Sequence record: PV420835.1
Direction: 5' to 3' (one strand)
Length of the DNA: 64,000 bases
DNA from: Acinetobacter phage phiAB441
Positions 47,620-57,354 of the stretch are shown piece after piece. Every line of letters starts with the position of its first letter. The stretch's first letter is position 1. The position numbers and the translations under genes are program-made. The notes below the pieces were generated by a model. The model was not told the DNA's origin, searched no databases, and was given only the letters and a program-made list of their open reading frames with translations.

Positions 47620-48410
47620 ATGTGAAGTATATAAACAAAATTGAATATAAAAACTGTATAGGTAAAGTTTTTGCTTCAAAATACTATGGCTTATTTAAGG
47701 TTATTAGCTATCATAATAGGTCTAAGGTTGAAATTGAGTTTATTGAAACTGGTTATAGGAAATTTTGCGGATTATCAAATATAAGAGTTGGTGAAATAAG
47801 AGACCCTTACTTTAAATCACTTTGTGGTGTTGGTGTTGTGGGTGTAAAGTATGACACGCGTTACAAAAATGAGAGCGGTAAGAATGCAATGGTTAAGCAA
47901 TATAATATTTGGAGTCATATGATAAAAAGATGTTACTCTGAGAAAAGCGAAGACAAGGATAAAACATACAAAGACTGCACTGTTTCAGAAAACTTTAAAC
48001 ACTACGAATACTTTTATGAATGGTGCAATAGACAGATTGGTTTTAATAACGAAGGTTGGCAACTTGATAAAGATTTATTAGTGAAAGGTAACAAGATTTA
48101 TTCTGAGGACACTTGTGTATTTCTACCGCAAGAATTGAATAACTTGTTAACTAAAAGGTCTAATAATAGAGGTGAATTTCCAATTGGTGTATGTTATAGA
48201 AAACGAGAAGGTAAATATTCATCAGCGTTAAGTTTAAACAAAGGAAACCCTACCACACTAGGATATTACAACACACCTGAAGAAGCCTTCTATGCTTACA
48301 AGAAAGCTAAAGAATCATTTATCAAAGAACAGGCTTACAAATGGAAAGATAAAATCGATCCTAGAGCTTTTGAAGCTTTGATGAATTATAGAGTTGAAAT
48401 TACAGATTGA
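47613..48410 (+). CDS. AP2-domain HNH-family homing-endonuclease-like protein. Paralog of 5293..6258.
   Basis: WSHMIKRC motif and C-terminal AP2-like LGYYNTPEEAFYAYKKA. GTG start. Confidence 0.6.
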   Translation: MVNVKYINKIEYKNCIGKVFASKYYGLFKVISYHNRSKVEIEFIETGYRKFCGLSNIRVGEIRDPYFKSLCGVGVVGVKYDTRYKNESGKNAMVKQYNIWSHMIKRCYSEKSEDKDKTYKDCTVSENFKHYEYFYEWCNRQIGFNNEGWQLDKDLLVKGNKIYSEDTCVFLPQELNNLLTKRSNNRGEFPIGVCYRKREGKYSSALSLNKGNPTTLGYYNTPEEAFYAYKKAKESFIKEQAYKWKDKIDPRAFEALMNYRVEITD

Positions 48411-50263
48411 TTATTCAGGAGAATACGTTTGTATTTCTCCTTTTTGTATTGGAGGGAAAGTTGGGAATCTGTGTTGGAAAAGAACAATGTCCGAAATGTA
48501 GTGAGGAAGGTAGAGATAGGCATGGAGACAATTTAGCCATATATGACGATGGGAGTAAATATTGTTTTTCATGTGGTCACACTGAAAGTGGTAATAGTGA
48601 TTTAGGAGTTAAGGAGAGAAAATTAGTGAATTTGGAAAAAGAGTGGGAAAAGTTATTAAGTAAGAAGTTAAGTAAAGAAGAATTAGAACAAATTGGTAAA
48701 GAGGTTGGAACTGATCCTAAAGGTTGGAGAGGTTTAAAATCACAATATTTAAATGGTTTAGGTATTCGATTTAAATATGATGAACAAGACAATCCTTGTG
48801 AAATGTTAACAGCAACAACTGTGACAATGAATAATAAAACGGAATTTGTTGGTTTTAAGTCTCGTAAGTTCCCAAAAGATTTTTCAAGTCCTAAAGGTTA
48901 TGTTGGTAATTTATGTGACTTAATTGGTTATCATAAATTTAAAGGTAGTAAGCGAACATTAGTTATTGTTGAGGGTGAAGTTGACTATGCTTCAGCATTC
49001 CAAATGTACCAAATGGATATGCAATCTCGTGGTAAGAAATATGAACTCCCTGCTGTAGTTTCTGTAGTAAATGGTATTAGTTCTATTGTTAAAGTATTTA
49101 AAGAGAATGATACAAACTTTAAGTTCTTCAAACAATTTGAACGTGTTGTCATTGCGGTTGACAATGATGATGTTTCTAATAAATTTGTTGATGAATTTAT
49201 TGCAGCAATGCCACGAGAGACATTATATAGAGCTACATTACGATATAAGGATGCTAATAAATACTTGGAAGCTGGTGCTATTAGTGAATGGGTTAATGAT
49301 ACATATTGGAACCCTACACCGTGTTCTGTTGCGAGTATTACAGGTAGTTCTGATTGGTTATCAGATGCTAAAGAAGAATTAACAACTCCACGTTTATTGT
49401 TGCCTGACTTTGTACAGGGAATTAACAATGCAACTCGTGGTGGTTTACCTATGGGTCGTTATGTTATCTTTGCTGGTGCTTCTTCAATTGGTAAGACTGT
49501 ATTTGTCAATTCAATGATTTATGATTGGATTATTCAGGACACACATCGTATTGGTGTTGTTAGTTTAGAATTATCTAGAGGTCAATATTATGTTGAGATG
49601 TTATCGCGTCATATCGGTTTAAACATTGATGATATTGATGATAATGAAGAACGTGCCACTTTGCTTGATGATTTAACAATTGTTGAGAAAGGTAACGAAT
49701 TATTCATGCGTGAAGATGGTACAAGTCGTTTCCACGTTGTTGATGATCGTGACAGTAGTATTGCTAAGATTCAAGAGTTATGTGAAGAGTTGGTAATTAA
49801 GCATAATGTTGAAGTTTTAATTCTTGATCCTATTTCTGATTTAACACAAAGACTTGACAATCAAGAACAAGTAGTATTTAATAGCTGGATTAAATCATTT
49901 ATTAAGAAACATAATGTTTTAGTCGTTGGTATCAGTCATGTTAAGAAAGGTGATAAGAACTATGACAATGGTGATATTCCAGATGAAGGTGATTTGATTG
50001 GTAGTTATTCTGGAGCTTCTTCTGCTGCTGCTATCTTTTTCTTGAGTCGTAATAAGATGAGTGATGACCTTGTAGAAAGAAACACAACACTCGTTACAAC
50101 ACCGAAGATTAGATGGACAGGTAGAACGGGTGTAGTTGATCGTGTTTTCTTTGATCATAAGACACGAAAACTTATTAACTATTCAGATTATTTAAAGGGA
50201 AATATTTCAAGTGCTTTAGATGAGCCTAAAGACACTGAAGTTAAAGTTGATTGTGATTTTTGA
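48407..50263 (+). CDS. Bifunctional primase-helicase (zinc-finger plus TOPRIM primase, DnaB-like helicase). Translated start probably the TTG near 48461.
   Basis: CPKC...CFSCGH zinc finger. VIVEGEVDYASAF TOPRIM. GASSIGKT Walker A. HVKKGDK motif. Confidence 0.85.
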   Translation: MIIQENTFVFLLFVLEGKLGICVGKEQCPKCSEEGRDRHGDNLAIYDDGSKYCFSCGHTESGNSDLGVKERKLVNLEKEWEKLLSKKLSKEELEQIGKEVGTDPKGWRGLKSQYLNGLGIRFKYDEQDNPCEMLTATTVTMNNKTEFVGFKSRKFPKDFSSPKGYVGNLCDLIGYHKFKGSKRTLVIVEGEVDYASAFQMYQMDMQSRGKKYELPAVVSVVNGISSIVKVFKENDTNFKFFKQFERVVIAVDNDDVSNKFVDEFIAAMPRETLYRATLRYKDANKYLEAGAISEWVNDTYWNPTPCSVASITGSSDWLSDAKEELTTPRLLLPDFVQGINNATRGGLPMGRYVIFAGASSIGKTVFVNSMIYDWIIQDTHRIGVVSLELSRGQYYVEMLSRHIGLNIDDIDDNEERATLLDDLTIVEKGNELFMREDGTSRFHVVDDRDSSIAKIQELCEELVIKHNVEVLILDPISDLTQRLDNQEQVVFNSWIKSFIKKHNVLVVGISHVKKGDKNYDNGDIPDEGDLIGSYSGASSAAAIFFLSRNKMSDDLVERNTTLVTTPKIRWTGRTGVVDRVFFDHKTRKLINYSDYLKGNISSALDEPKDTEVKVDCDF

Positions 50264-50294
50264 GGTGATTTTTCACCTCTTTTAATTTGGAGGA

Positions 50295-51386
50295 ATGTGT
50301 AGAAAAATGACTAATGAAGTTAAATATTTTGAAGGTGATTGGATATGGGATATTGAGACTTTCCCAAATATAGTCACTTTTGCATTTCTTAAAGCAGATA
50401 AATCTGAGAGAAAGTTATTTGAAATATCTAAACGTACTAATGATTTGGATTTATTTTTAGATTTTTGTCGTGAATCTAAAATAAATGATTATAGATTTGT
50501 AGGTTTTAACTCTATCTCTTTTGACTATGTTGTGTTACATTGGATTTTAAAAAGAGCAATGGATGCTAAAGCTAAGAGAGAGAAGTTAAAGCTCACTGCT
50601 AATCAAATCTACAAATATGCAATGAAAGTTATTGAGAGCAAGAAAGATGGTCAGTTTGGTATTAATGTAAAAGTTGAAGATCACATTATTCGTCAACTAG
50701 ATTTATTTAAAATTAATCATTATGACAACAAAGCTAAGATGACTTCTTTGAAGTTGTTGGAGTTTAATATGCGATTGGACAACATTAGTGATTTACCTTT
50801 TCCTGTTGGTAAAACTTTATCAAGTGAAGAGATGGATACTTTAATTGAATATAACTTTACAGACGTTGGTGCTACACATGACTTCTATCAATTGAATTAT
50901 GATTCTATTAAATTCCGTGCTGAACTTACGCAAAAATATGGATTTGATTGTACAAACTTAAATGATTCGAATATTGGTGAGCAATTCTTTATCCGTAAGA
51001 TTGAAGCAAAACAACCAGATGCTTTTTATACATATGATGTTGTATCAGGTAAAAAGAAACTAAAGAAAACACCACGACCATTTGTTAAAATTGCTGATTG
51101 TTTATTTGATTATTTAAATTTTAAAACACCTGAAATGCAAGCTTTACATAATTGGTTTAAGAAGCAAGTAATTACAGAAACAAAGGGTGTGTTTAGTGAT
51201 ATTGAAGAACATAATTTAGGTGATTTAGCGAAGTATTGTGAACTTGTTCAAAAGGAAGTTAAGTTTAAAGACAATCCTTCTGAGAAAGAGAAGCAGGATT
51301 TTTTGAAAGAACACCCTTTGGGTTGGTTTGAGGTTAGAGAGTTAAAGACACTTGAAACATTAAAAGATAAGATGGTAACTCTGTAA
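50295..51386 (+). CDS. Family-B DNA polymerase, N-terminal 3'-5' exonuclease part
   Basis: Exo I DIETFPN and Exo II GFNSISFD. Terminates at taa 51384, but pol sequence continues in the -1 frame from 51371. Confidence 0.7.
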   Translation: MCRKMTNEVKYFEGDWIWDIETFPNIVTFAFLKADKSERKLFEISKRTNDLDLFLDFCRESKINDYRFVGFNSISFDYVVLHWILKRAMDAKAKREKLKLTANQIYKYAMKVIESKKDGQFGINVKVEDHIIRQLDLFKINHYDNKAKMTSLKLLEFNMRLDNISDLPFPVGKTLSSEEMDTLIEYNFTDVGATHDFYQLNYDSIKFRAELTQKYGFDCTNLNDSNIGEQFFIRKIEAKQPDAFYTYDVVSGKKKLKKTPRPFVKIADCLFDYLNFKTPEMQALHNWFKKQVITETKGVFSDIEEHNLGDLAKYCELVQKEVKFKDNPSEKEKQDFLKEHPLGWFEVRELKTLETLKDKMVTL

Positions 51387-52060
51387 AAGAGAATTTCATT
51401 GATGATAAAGGTAGAGTTAAACAAAGAGTAGTAAAGGTTCCAAAGAAGGCTTATTATGGTTGCTACAAGATCGCTGAGACACTTAATGTTATTATTGGTG
51501 GTATGAGGGTGGATTATGGTGTTGGTGGTCTACACGGTGCTGTACAGGGACATCATAAGAAATCTGATGACAAGTCAATTTTGTCTTGGGATGTTGCGAG
51601 TATGTATCCTAACATTGCTATTGCTAACCGTGTTTATCCTGAACATTTGAATGAAAGTTTTTGTGATAGTTATGAGGAATTTTATAATGAACGTAAAAAG
51701 TATCCTAAAGGTACAGGTGAGAACTTGGCGATTAAGCTGGGTTTGAACTGTGTCTACGGAAAATCCAACAGTGAGTTTAGTTGTTTCTATGACTCTGCGT
51801 ATACTATGAAGATTACAGTAAATGGACAATTGACATTATCAATGTTACTTGAACGACTTGTTTTGGATTGTCAAGTTAAACCGTTGATGGTTAACACAGA
51901 TGGCTTTGAAGTTATTATTGATAACGATAAGATTGATAAAGCAAATGATATTGTAAGTCGTTGGGAGAAATATGTTGGTCTACAAATGGAAGGTGTTGAA
52001 TATTCTGACATGTTTATTGCCGATGTAAATAATTATTTTGCTATTTATGTGGAGGATTGA
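51371..52060 (+). CDS. Family-B DNA polymerase, palm part (frame -1 relative to the exo part). ORF track begins at Met 51503.
   Basis: Motif A DVASMYPNI, motif B KLGLNCVYGK, motif C VNTDGFEV. Frame open from 51371 (checked by hand). Confidence 0.7.
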   Translation, partial: DGNSVKENFIDDKGRVKQRVVKVPKKAYYGCYKIAETLNVIIGGMRVDYGVGGLHGAVQGHHKKSDDKSILSWDVASMYPNIAIANRVYPEHLNESFCDSYEEFYNERKKYPKGTGENLAIKLGLNCVYGKSNSEFSCFYDSAYTMKITVNGQLTLSMLLERLVLDCQVKPLMVNTDGFEVIIDNDKIDKANDIVSRWEKYVGLQMEGVEYSDMFIADVNNYFAIYVED

Positions 52061-52713
52061 TGCAGTATATTGGATTTAGAACAAAACAAACTGGAATATA
52101 TAAGATTACTAATACGATTAATGGTAAAATTTATATTGGAAGGACTTCAAATTTTAATCGAAGATATGTACAATATTTGTATGATTTTGAAAATCAGAGG
52201 TCTAGGTCAGTTAATCAACATTTTTTAAATTCTGTTAATAAATATGGTTTAGATAATTTTGAGTTTGAGGAACTTTACTATTGTTTTACTGAAGATGAAT
52301 CTTTAGTTTTAGAAATTGAATTTATGAATATGTATAAATCTACGAATAGTGAATTTGGTTATAATAAAAGACAAGATTCAGAAGGTGGTATGATTGTATC
52401 TAATGAAACTTCTTTGAAAATATCTAACAGGTTGAAAAAAGAGTGGAGGTTAGGAGTTAGAGATGGGTATTCAGAAAAGCTAAAGGCTTCTTGGAAAAGT
52501 AGAGATAGAGTTAAGCAAAGTGAATTGTTTTCAAAGTCGTTAACAAAATGGTATTATGTTGTTAATGAAAATTATGATAATAAACTATTTTATAAAGACC
52601 TTGTTGACATGGGTTTGAAAAATTCAATAGGTAAATTTTCTGAAAAGAAATCAAATAAAGTTGTGTTTAAGGATTTTATTATAGAGAGATTTGAGTATGA
52701 AGACGAAAGCTAA
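52057..52713 (+). CDS. GIY-YIG homing endonuclease inserted between polymerase motif C and the KxY motif
   Basis: GIYKITNTINGKIYIGRTSNFNRR is a canonical GIY-YIG motif. ggagga RBS. Likely ATG 52060. Confidence 0.85.
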   Translation: MMQYIGFRTKQTGIYKITNTINGKIYIGRTSNFNRRYVQYLYDFENQRSRSVNQHFLNSVNKYGLDNFEFEELYYCFTEDESLVLEIEFMNMYKSTNSEFGYNKRQDSEGGMIVSNETSLKISNRLKKEWRLGVRDGYSEKLKASWKSRDRVKQSELFSKSLTKWYYVVNENYDNKLFYKDLVDMGLKNSIGKFSEKKSNKVVFKDFIIERFEYEDES

Positions 52714-53149
52714 AGGTAGATATGCTTATAAAGAAATGAAGGAAATGGATTTGGCTTTCATGCACAAGAATCACTCAGCATTAGTTGTACCTATGGCAGT
52801 TGAACATGAGTTGTTAGGTCGTGGTTATGCTGAAGATTTTATTCGTAGTCATAAAGATAAGTTTGATTTCATGCTTAGAACTAAAGTTCCGCGTGGTTCA
52901 AGACTGGTTCTTGAAATGGATGGTGAGGATATTGAGCAACAAAACATTTGTCGTTATTACGTTTCTGAAGATGGTGGGTATTTAACAAAGATTATGCCAC
53001 CACTTAAAGAAGGTGATGAAGATAGACGTATGAGTATTGAAAGTGGTATTAAAGTAAAAACGTGTAATGATATTAATGATTTCTCTTGGGATATTAATTA
53101 TGATTACTATGTTGAGCAAGCAGATAAATTGCTTGAATTTTTTCGTTAA
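52691..53149 (+). CDS. Family-B DNA polymerase, C-terminal thumb fragment
   Basis: KAKGRYAYKE matches the KKRYA (KxY) motif. Same frame as the palm fragment. Frame opens at 52685. Confidence 0.6.
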   Translation: MSMKTKAKGRYAYKEMKEMDLAFMHKNHSALVVPMAVEHELLGRGYAEDFIRSHKDKFDFMLRTKVPRGSRLVLEMDGEDIEQQNICRYYVSEDGGYLTKIMPPLKEGDEDRRMSIESGIKVKTCNDINDFSWDINYDYYVEQADKLLEFFR

Positions 53150-53162
53150 TTAGGAGATGTAA

Positions 53163-54236
53163 ATGTTAAAATTTAAAAAAGGTGATGAAGTTGTCGTTAC
53201 TGGTTTTATTAATGCACTTGCTGAAGAGTATGGAACTCTAGGTGAGGTTGGTGTTGTTGAAGTTGTGGATGGTTCAGAGATTCCATATTTTGTAAAACTA
53301 AAATCTGTTACAGGAGGTTCTGGTGGATTATGGTTTAAGGAGGAGAATTTAAAATCAGCTAAAGAATTTGAGAAACACAATCCTGAACTTAAAATCGGTG
53401 ATGAGGTTGTTATTTTAGAGCATCCTGTTTTAAAAGGAGGTAAAGGAATTAGTTATCCTGAATCAATGCAGAAAGAAATTGGATCAAAACAAACTATTGT
53501 TGAGATTCATGAGCATGGTTATAGATTGTCGAATCATTGGAGTTATGAAGCGAAGTATTTGCAGAAAGTTACTAATGATATTGATAAATCACAACTTCTT
53601 AAACGAGAAATTGAGGTGGGAGATTTAGTTACAGTAATTTCTCTTGAAGAAACAAGACAAGAGTATGGTATTGTTAGTCCAATGAAAAAAGTTGGAGATT
53701 CTTTTATTGTAAAAGGTGTTCATAAAGATAACGAAGATGATTTAATTGAGATTTTTGATGAAGGTAATTGGTCATACGATTCTCGTGATTTAGTAATTTT
53801 ACAGAAAGCTTCAGATATGAAAGAGCGTAAATTAACTCCTATTGATTTGAAATTACCTGTTCATTGTTCATGGGATTTAGCTGCTACTGATGAGGGTAAG
53901 TCAGTAAGTATCGTGTTAGATGATACAATTCCTACTATCCAACCTATTGAGTCAAATGGTGGAAGTAGTGATTATTATTTTACTAAATTACCGAAATGGT
54001 TGATTGATCGAATTGTAGAAACTGGTGGTATTGAAGTTAAAGACATTGTTCAATTTGTATTTGATAATGATGCTCATGCAAAAGATATCATCAAGGCACA
54101 GAAACGTATTATTGAGCAGCGTAAAGGTGGTGGTAAAGCTGGATTAAAACCACTATACGATTACAATAAGATTGTTTTCTTTGCTGAAGATCAGTTACGA
54201 GTTGCTAAGAATAATCTTGACGAGAAATCTGAATAA
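53163..54236 (+). CDS. Hypothetical protein with three internal KOW/SH3-like repeats (KKGDEVVVTG, KIGDEVVILEHP, EVGDLVTVISLE)
   Basis: Repeats read directly. Confidence 0.5.
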   Translation: MLKFKKGDEVVVTGFINALAEEYGTLGEVGVVEVVDGSEIPYFVKLKSVTGGSGGLWFKEENLKSAKEFEKHNPELKIGDEVVILEHPVLKGGKGISYPESMQKEIGSKQTIVEIHEHGYRLSNHWSYEAKYLQKVTNDIDKSQLLKREIEVGDLVTVISLEETRQEYGIVSPMKKVGDSFIVKGVHKDNEDDLIEIFDEGNWSYDSRDLVILQKASDMKERKLTPIDLKLPVHCSWDLAATDEGKSVSIVLDDTIPTIQPIESNGGSSDYYFTKLPKWLIDRIVETGGIEVKDIVQFVFDNDAHAKDIIKAQKRIIEQRKGGGKAGLKPLYDYNKIVFFAEDQLRVAKNNLDEKSE

Positions 54237-54262
54237 CTTTACATTTAATTACAGTATTATTG

Positions 54263-54291
54263 TTGACATTGATTTATAAGTTTGCAATAAT
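54263..54291 (+). promoter_or_regulatory. Sigma70-like promoter TTGACA-17-AATAAT upstream of the SSB gene. Operator-like palindrome ATGTGtcaataggCACAT further downstream.
   Basis: Read directly. Confidence 0.45.
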
Positions 54292-54478
54292 ACTCACCTA
54301 CTCTGATGAATATCCATATATTACTTCGGAGTTATAAAAAGCGTTAAACACTCAAAACATTTTAGATTTCTTTAAATGGAATTTCTAATTATGTTTTGAT
54401 TTGTTTGTATTTAAAAATTTAATTAAGCATGTGTCAATAGGCACATTATACAATAAGCATATACAATAGGAGATACAA

Positions 54479-55111
54479 ATGTCAATTAAGACTAATATTA
54501 ATTTTGAATCAGGAATTATTGAAAACGCAGTATTGTTTTACACTAAGTTAAAGAATCCACCATTAAAATACGGTTCTCAAACTGAACGTGAATACACTGT
54601 AGATGTAGTTGTTGATAAAGCTTCAACTAAAGCATGGAATAAACAATTTTCCAAGCAAAAAGCTAAAGAAATTGACAATGCAGACTTCACAGAACAATTT
54701 AAAACTGATCCAGTGTTTGCAGATCAAGATGAACAGTTTGTGATTAAACTTAAAAAACCAGCTCAGTTTCGAGACAAGGCAACAGGTGAATTAGTTCCTT
54801 TGAATGAAAAATACATTCCTCGTGTTTTCATTAAGAATGATGAAGGTGTTTTAGAAGATATTACATTTACAACAAACGTTGGTAACGGTAGTGTTGGTGT
54901 TGTTCAGTTTGATGTTAATACCAATGACTTCGGTACGTTTGCGAAACTTGGTGCAATTCGTGTTGACAGTCTTGTAGCTGTTGAGCATAAAGGTGGTGCA
55001 AACTACGATGTTCTTGGAACAGTTAAAACTCTTGCTGAAATCCCAACAGCAGCTAAGAAAGAACCAGAATCAACACAGGGTGTAGATGAAGAGGAAAATC
55101 TACCGTTTTAA
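54479..55111 (+). CDS. Single-stranded DNA-binding protein, T7 gp2.5-like (acidic C-terminal tail ending in Phe)
   Basis: C-terminus ESTQGVDEEENLPF. Acidic tail with terminal aromatic residue is the hallmark of gp2.5 and gp32-type SSBs. Position in replication module. Inference. Confidence 0.45.
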   Translation: MSIKTNINFESGIIENAVLFYTKLKNPPLKYGSQTEREYTVDVVVDKASTKAWNKQFSKQKAKEIDNADFTEQFKTDPVFADQDEQFVIKLKKPAQFRDKATGELVPLNEKYIPRVFIKNDEGVLEDITFTTNVGNGSVGVVQFDVNTNDFGTFAKLGAIRVDSLVAVEHKGGANYDVLGTVKTLAEIPTAAKKEPESTQGVDEEENLPF

Positions 55112-55121
55112 TCTAATGTGT

Positions 55122-55150
55122 AAGGAAGGACAATTTGTCCTTCCTTTATA
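55122..55150 (+). terminator. Hairpin aaggaaggacaa-t-ttgtccttcctt followed by T-rich tataatttatgttt
   Basis: 12-bp perfect arms read directly. Confidence 0.5.
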
Positions 55151-55172
55151 ATTTATGTTTAGGAGAAAATAA

Positions 55173-55328
55173 ATGACAAAGAAAATTAAAATTGGTGTTC
55201 TAGAATTGGATATGGGCAATCTTTCAGACACAATTTATGTTAATACAAAGAACCAACAACAATTAGCTACAGCACTTCAGTTTGCAACATATCAAGCAAT
55301 CTTTGAAAAGAAAAGAGGTGTTAAGTGA
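55173..55328 (+). CDS. Small hypothetical protein (51 aa). Not in ORF track.
   Basis: ATG 55173 with aggag RBS at 7 nt. Confidence 0.4.
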   Translation: MTKKIKIGVLELDMGNLSDTIYVNTKNQQQLATALQFATYQAIFEKKRGVK

Positions 55329-55504
55329 GTGATTTAGGTGAGTTATTGCAAAAAACAATTATTTTGGATAAGGTTCATGACAACGTTCTTGCTCGATTAA
55401 GTGGTATTGATAATTCTGGAGGTAATAGTGAAAATCAAACTGAACTTTTAAAACTAGAGAAATTAATTCTAAAGAAATACAAAGAGATTATTTCTGAATT
55501 ATAA
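55325..55504 (+). CDS. Small hypothetical protein (59 aa, GTG start). Not in ORF track.
   Basis: GTG 55325 with agagg RBS. Overlaps the previous stop (gtgagtga). Confidence 0.35.
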   Translation: MSDLGELLQKTIILDKVHDNVLARLSGIDNSGGNSENQTELLKLEKLILKKYKEIISEL

Positions 55505-55518
55505 TTTGGAGAGTATTC

Positions 55519-55872
55519 ATGAGTGTTGATATTGATGAAGCTCAAATCGATTACGATGAAGAAGATTATGATGATCTGAATGAGCAAGAAAAATCAGCAT
55601 ATCAATTAGCTAAAGAAAGAAAAGACTTCATTAAATACAGACGCTTTAGCGTGACACTTCATCCCAAACAAATCTACCGATCTTTCCGTAAAACAATTAA
55701 GAAAGATTTGGATGTGTTCACTGAAGAAGAGTTGATGACAATATATCGAGTTCTTTGTGATGCTATGAACATGAAGAATGAAGACTTGAATCTACAAATG
55801 TATAAATATATTAGGGCTAGGGTTGAACGAAGTTACAATCGTCAACGTCAAAAATTAGGAAGGAATAAATGA
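55519..55872 (+). CDS. Hypothetical protein (acidic N-terminus, basic C-terminus)
   Basis: ORF track. RBS ggagag. Confidence 0.5.
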   Translation: MSVDIDEAQIDYDEEDYDDLNEQEKSAYQLAKERKDFIKYRRFSVTLHPKQIYRSFRKTIKKDLDVFTEEELMTIYRVLCDAMNMKNEDLNLQMYKYIRARVERSYNRQRQKLGRNK

Positions 55873-56072
55873 CAACGAAAACAGAAGTTAAAAATTACGG
55901 AATTGGTTTATTACCAGTTCTAGGTATTGTATTTATCATACTAAAGCTGACAAATGTTATTAATTGGTCTTGGTGGTTGGTATTGTTACCATTTATTATC
56001 CAAGCTGGACTTCTAATATTAGCTTTAGCTATTCTTGGAATTGCGGTTTATATTAAATATAAAAAATCATGA
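55869..56072 (+). CDS. Small membrane protein (2 TM)
   Basis: Hydrophobic helices. Confidence 0.5.
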   Translation: MTTKTEVKNYGIGLLPVLGIVFIILKLTNVINWSWWLVLLPFIIQAGLLILALAILGIAVYIKYKKS

Positions 56073-56130
56073 TAATATTTGTAGTTCCAATATTATTTCT
56101 ATTTTTATATTATTTGTATATTGATTTATT

Positions 56131-57354
56131 TTGTTAATCAAGAGGGAGGATGTTTTGGATGTAAGTAAATTGTTTGATGGTTCTAGAAAGATTGAAGTCA
56201 AACAAGAGAAACTTGGTGATGAGTATTTCTTAATGGAACCACATAACGAAAAACCTAACAGTTGTCCTCATTCTGTTTTTGATGTATCTGATTACAATGA
56301 AAATGATGTTGTTGCTTTAATTGATGGAGATTGGTTGACATTCTCTGCAACATCAAATGAAATGGAAAGGTTCATCACTTGTGAGATTGATGGTGAAGTT
56401 CATGAGTTTTCAGGATATGAAAAATTAAAGGATTATCTAATTAGTCAAGGAAGATTAGATGAATATAAGGATATTGAAACCAAGAAGGGACAAAGAAACA
56501 AAGAACTTTACGTTTCTTTAGGTAATGTTAAAAAGAAAGTATCTTCAATTGTAAAAGAAATTGGTGCTAACAAAGTTATTATTGCTTTAGGGAGTACGGG
56601 TAACAAACGTCTTGATTTACCACTACCTAAGTATCATGGAAGGTATAAGGGTAATCGTGATGATGGTTGGATTCCTGAAACATTACCAGCATGTAAAGAA
56701 TGGACACGTAAGAAATGGAAAACTTGGTGGTCTGTTGATAAAGAAACTGATGATGATGTTACTATTATTTTTCACATGTTATTAAACAAAGGTGTTAAAG
56801 TCTATGTCTGTGGGATAGACAAAGATTACAATCAGGAACATTGGGGTGGTTTATACTTAATTGGACACCATAAACAACCAACTTGGTACGATAACACAGA
56901 AGAAAATGCTTTAGGTTATCTAGAGATTGTTGAACGAGAGGTTAAGGATCGTAAAACAAAGAAAGGAACTGGAAGGTTTACATCTGATGTTAAAGGTCAT
57001 GGTGATATGTTCTTAGCTTACCAAATCCTTTCTGAAGACAAGGCAGATAATTACTCAGGTAAAAGTTTCTTAAAGGAATTTGGAACTAAGAAGAAGTTTG
57101 GTGATAAAGAAGTTGTTAAATTATTATCTAAGTGTAAATCTAGAAAAGAACTTTGGCAGACTGTTTACAGTGTATTTAAAAAGTATTTACCAAAAGAATT
57201 TGAATATGTTGCTTGGAATGATGAGGTAATTAAATCATCTCCTTTACATGCCTGTGATTTATTTTATAAGTGTGCATGTATGATGAAGTATCAAGGATTT
57301 GAAGCTAATATTACAGACTTGTTTGATGAATTAGGAGTTGATTATGACACCTGA
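56131..57354 (+). CDS. 5'-3' exonuclease / flap endonuclease (RNase H-like). Start probably TTG 56155.
   Basis: N-terminal VVALIDGDWLTFSA and the YKGNRD (YKxxR) motif of the FEN/5'-3' exonuclease family. Confidence 0.6.
   Translation: MLIKREDVLDVSKLFDGSRKIEVKQEKLGDEYFLMEPHNEKPNSCPHSVFDVSDYNENDVVALIDGDWLTFSATSNEMERFITCEIDGEVHEFSGYEKLKDYLISQGRLDEYKDIETKKGQRNKELYVSLGNVKKKVSSIVKEIGANKVIIALGSTGNKRLDLPLPKYHGRYKGNRDDGWIPETLPACKEWTRKKWKTWWSVDKETDDDVTIIFHMLLNKGVKVYVCGIDKDYNQEHWGGLYLIGHHKQPTWYDNTEENALGYLEIVEREVKDRKTKKGTGRFTSDVKGHGDMFLAYQILSEDKADNYSGKSFLKEFGTKKKFGDKEVVKLLSKCKSRKELWQTVYSVFKKYLPKEFEYVAWNDEVIKSSPLHACDLFYKCACMMKYQGFEANITDLFDELGVDYDT

Noticed and set aside
51365-51390. Canonical -1 slippery heptamer at the polymerase frame break
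   Set aside because: No X XXY YYZ motif and no downstream pseudoknot-like GC stem seen. A programmed shift cannot be supported from sequence alone.
52057-52713. Group I intron carrying the GIY-YIG ORF
   Set aside because: The ORF spans essentially the entire 630-nt insertion, leaving no space for P3-P9 core elements outside coding sequence. Free-standing HEG judged more likely, but splicing was not excluded.
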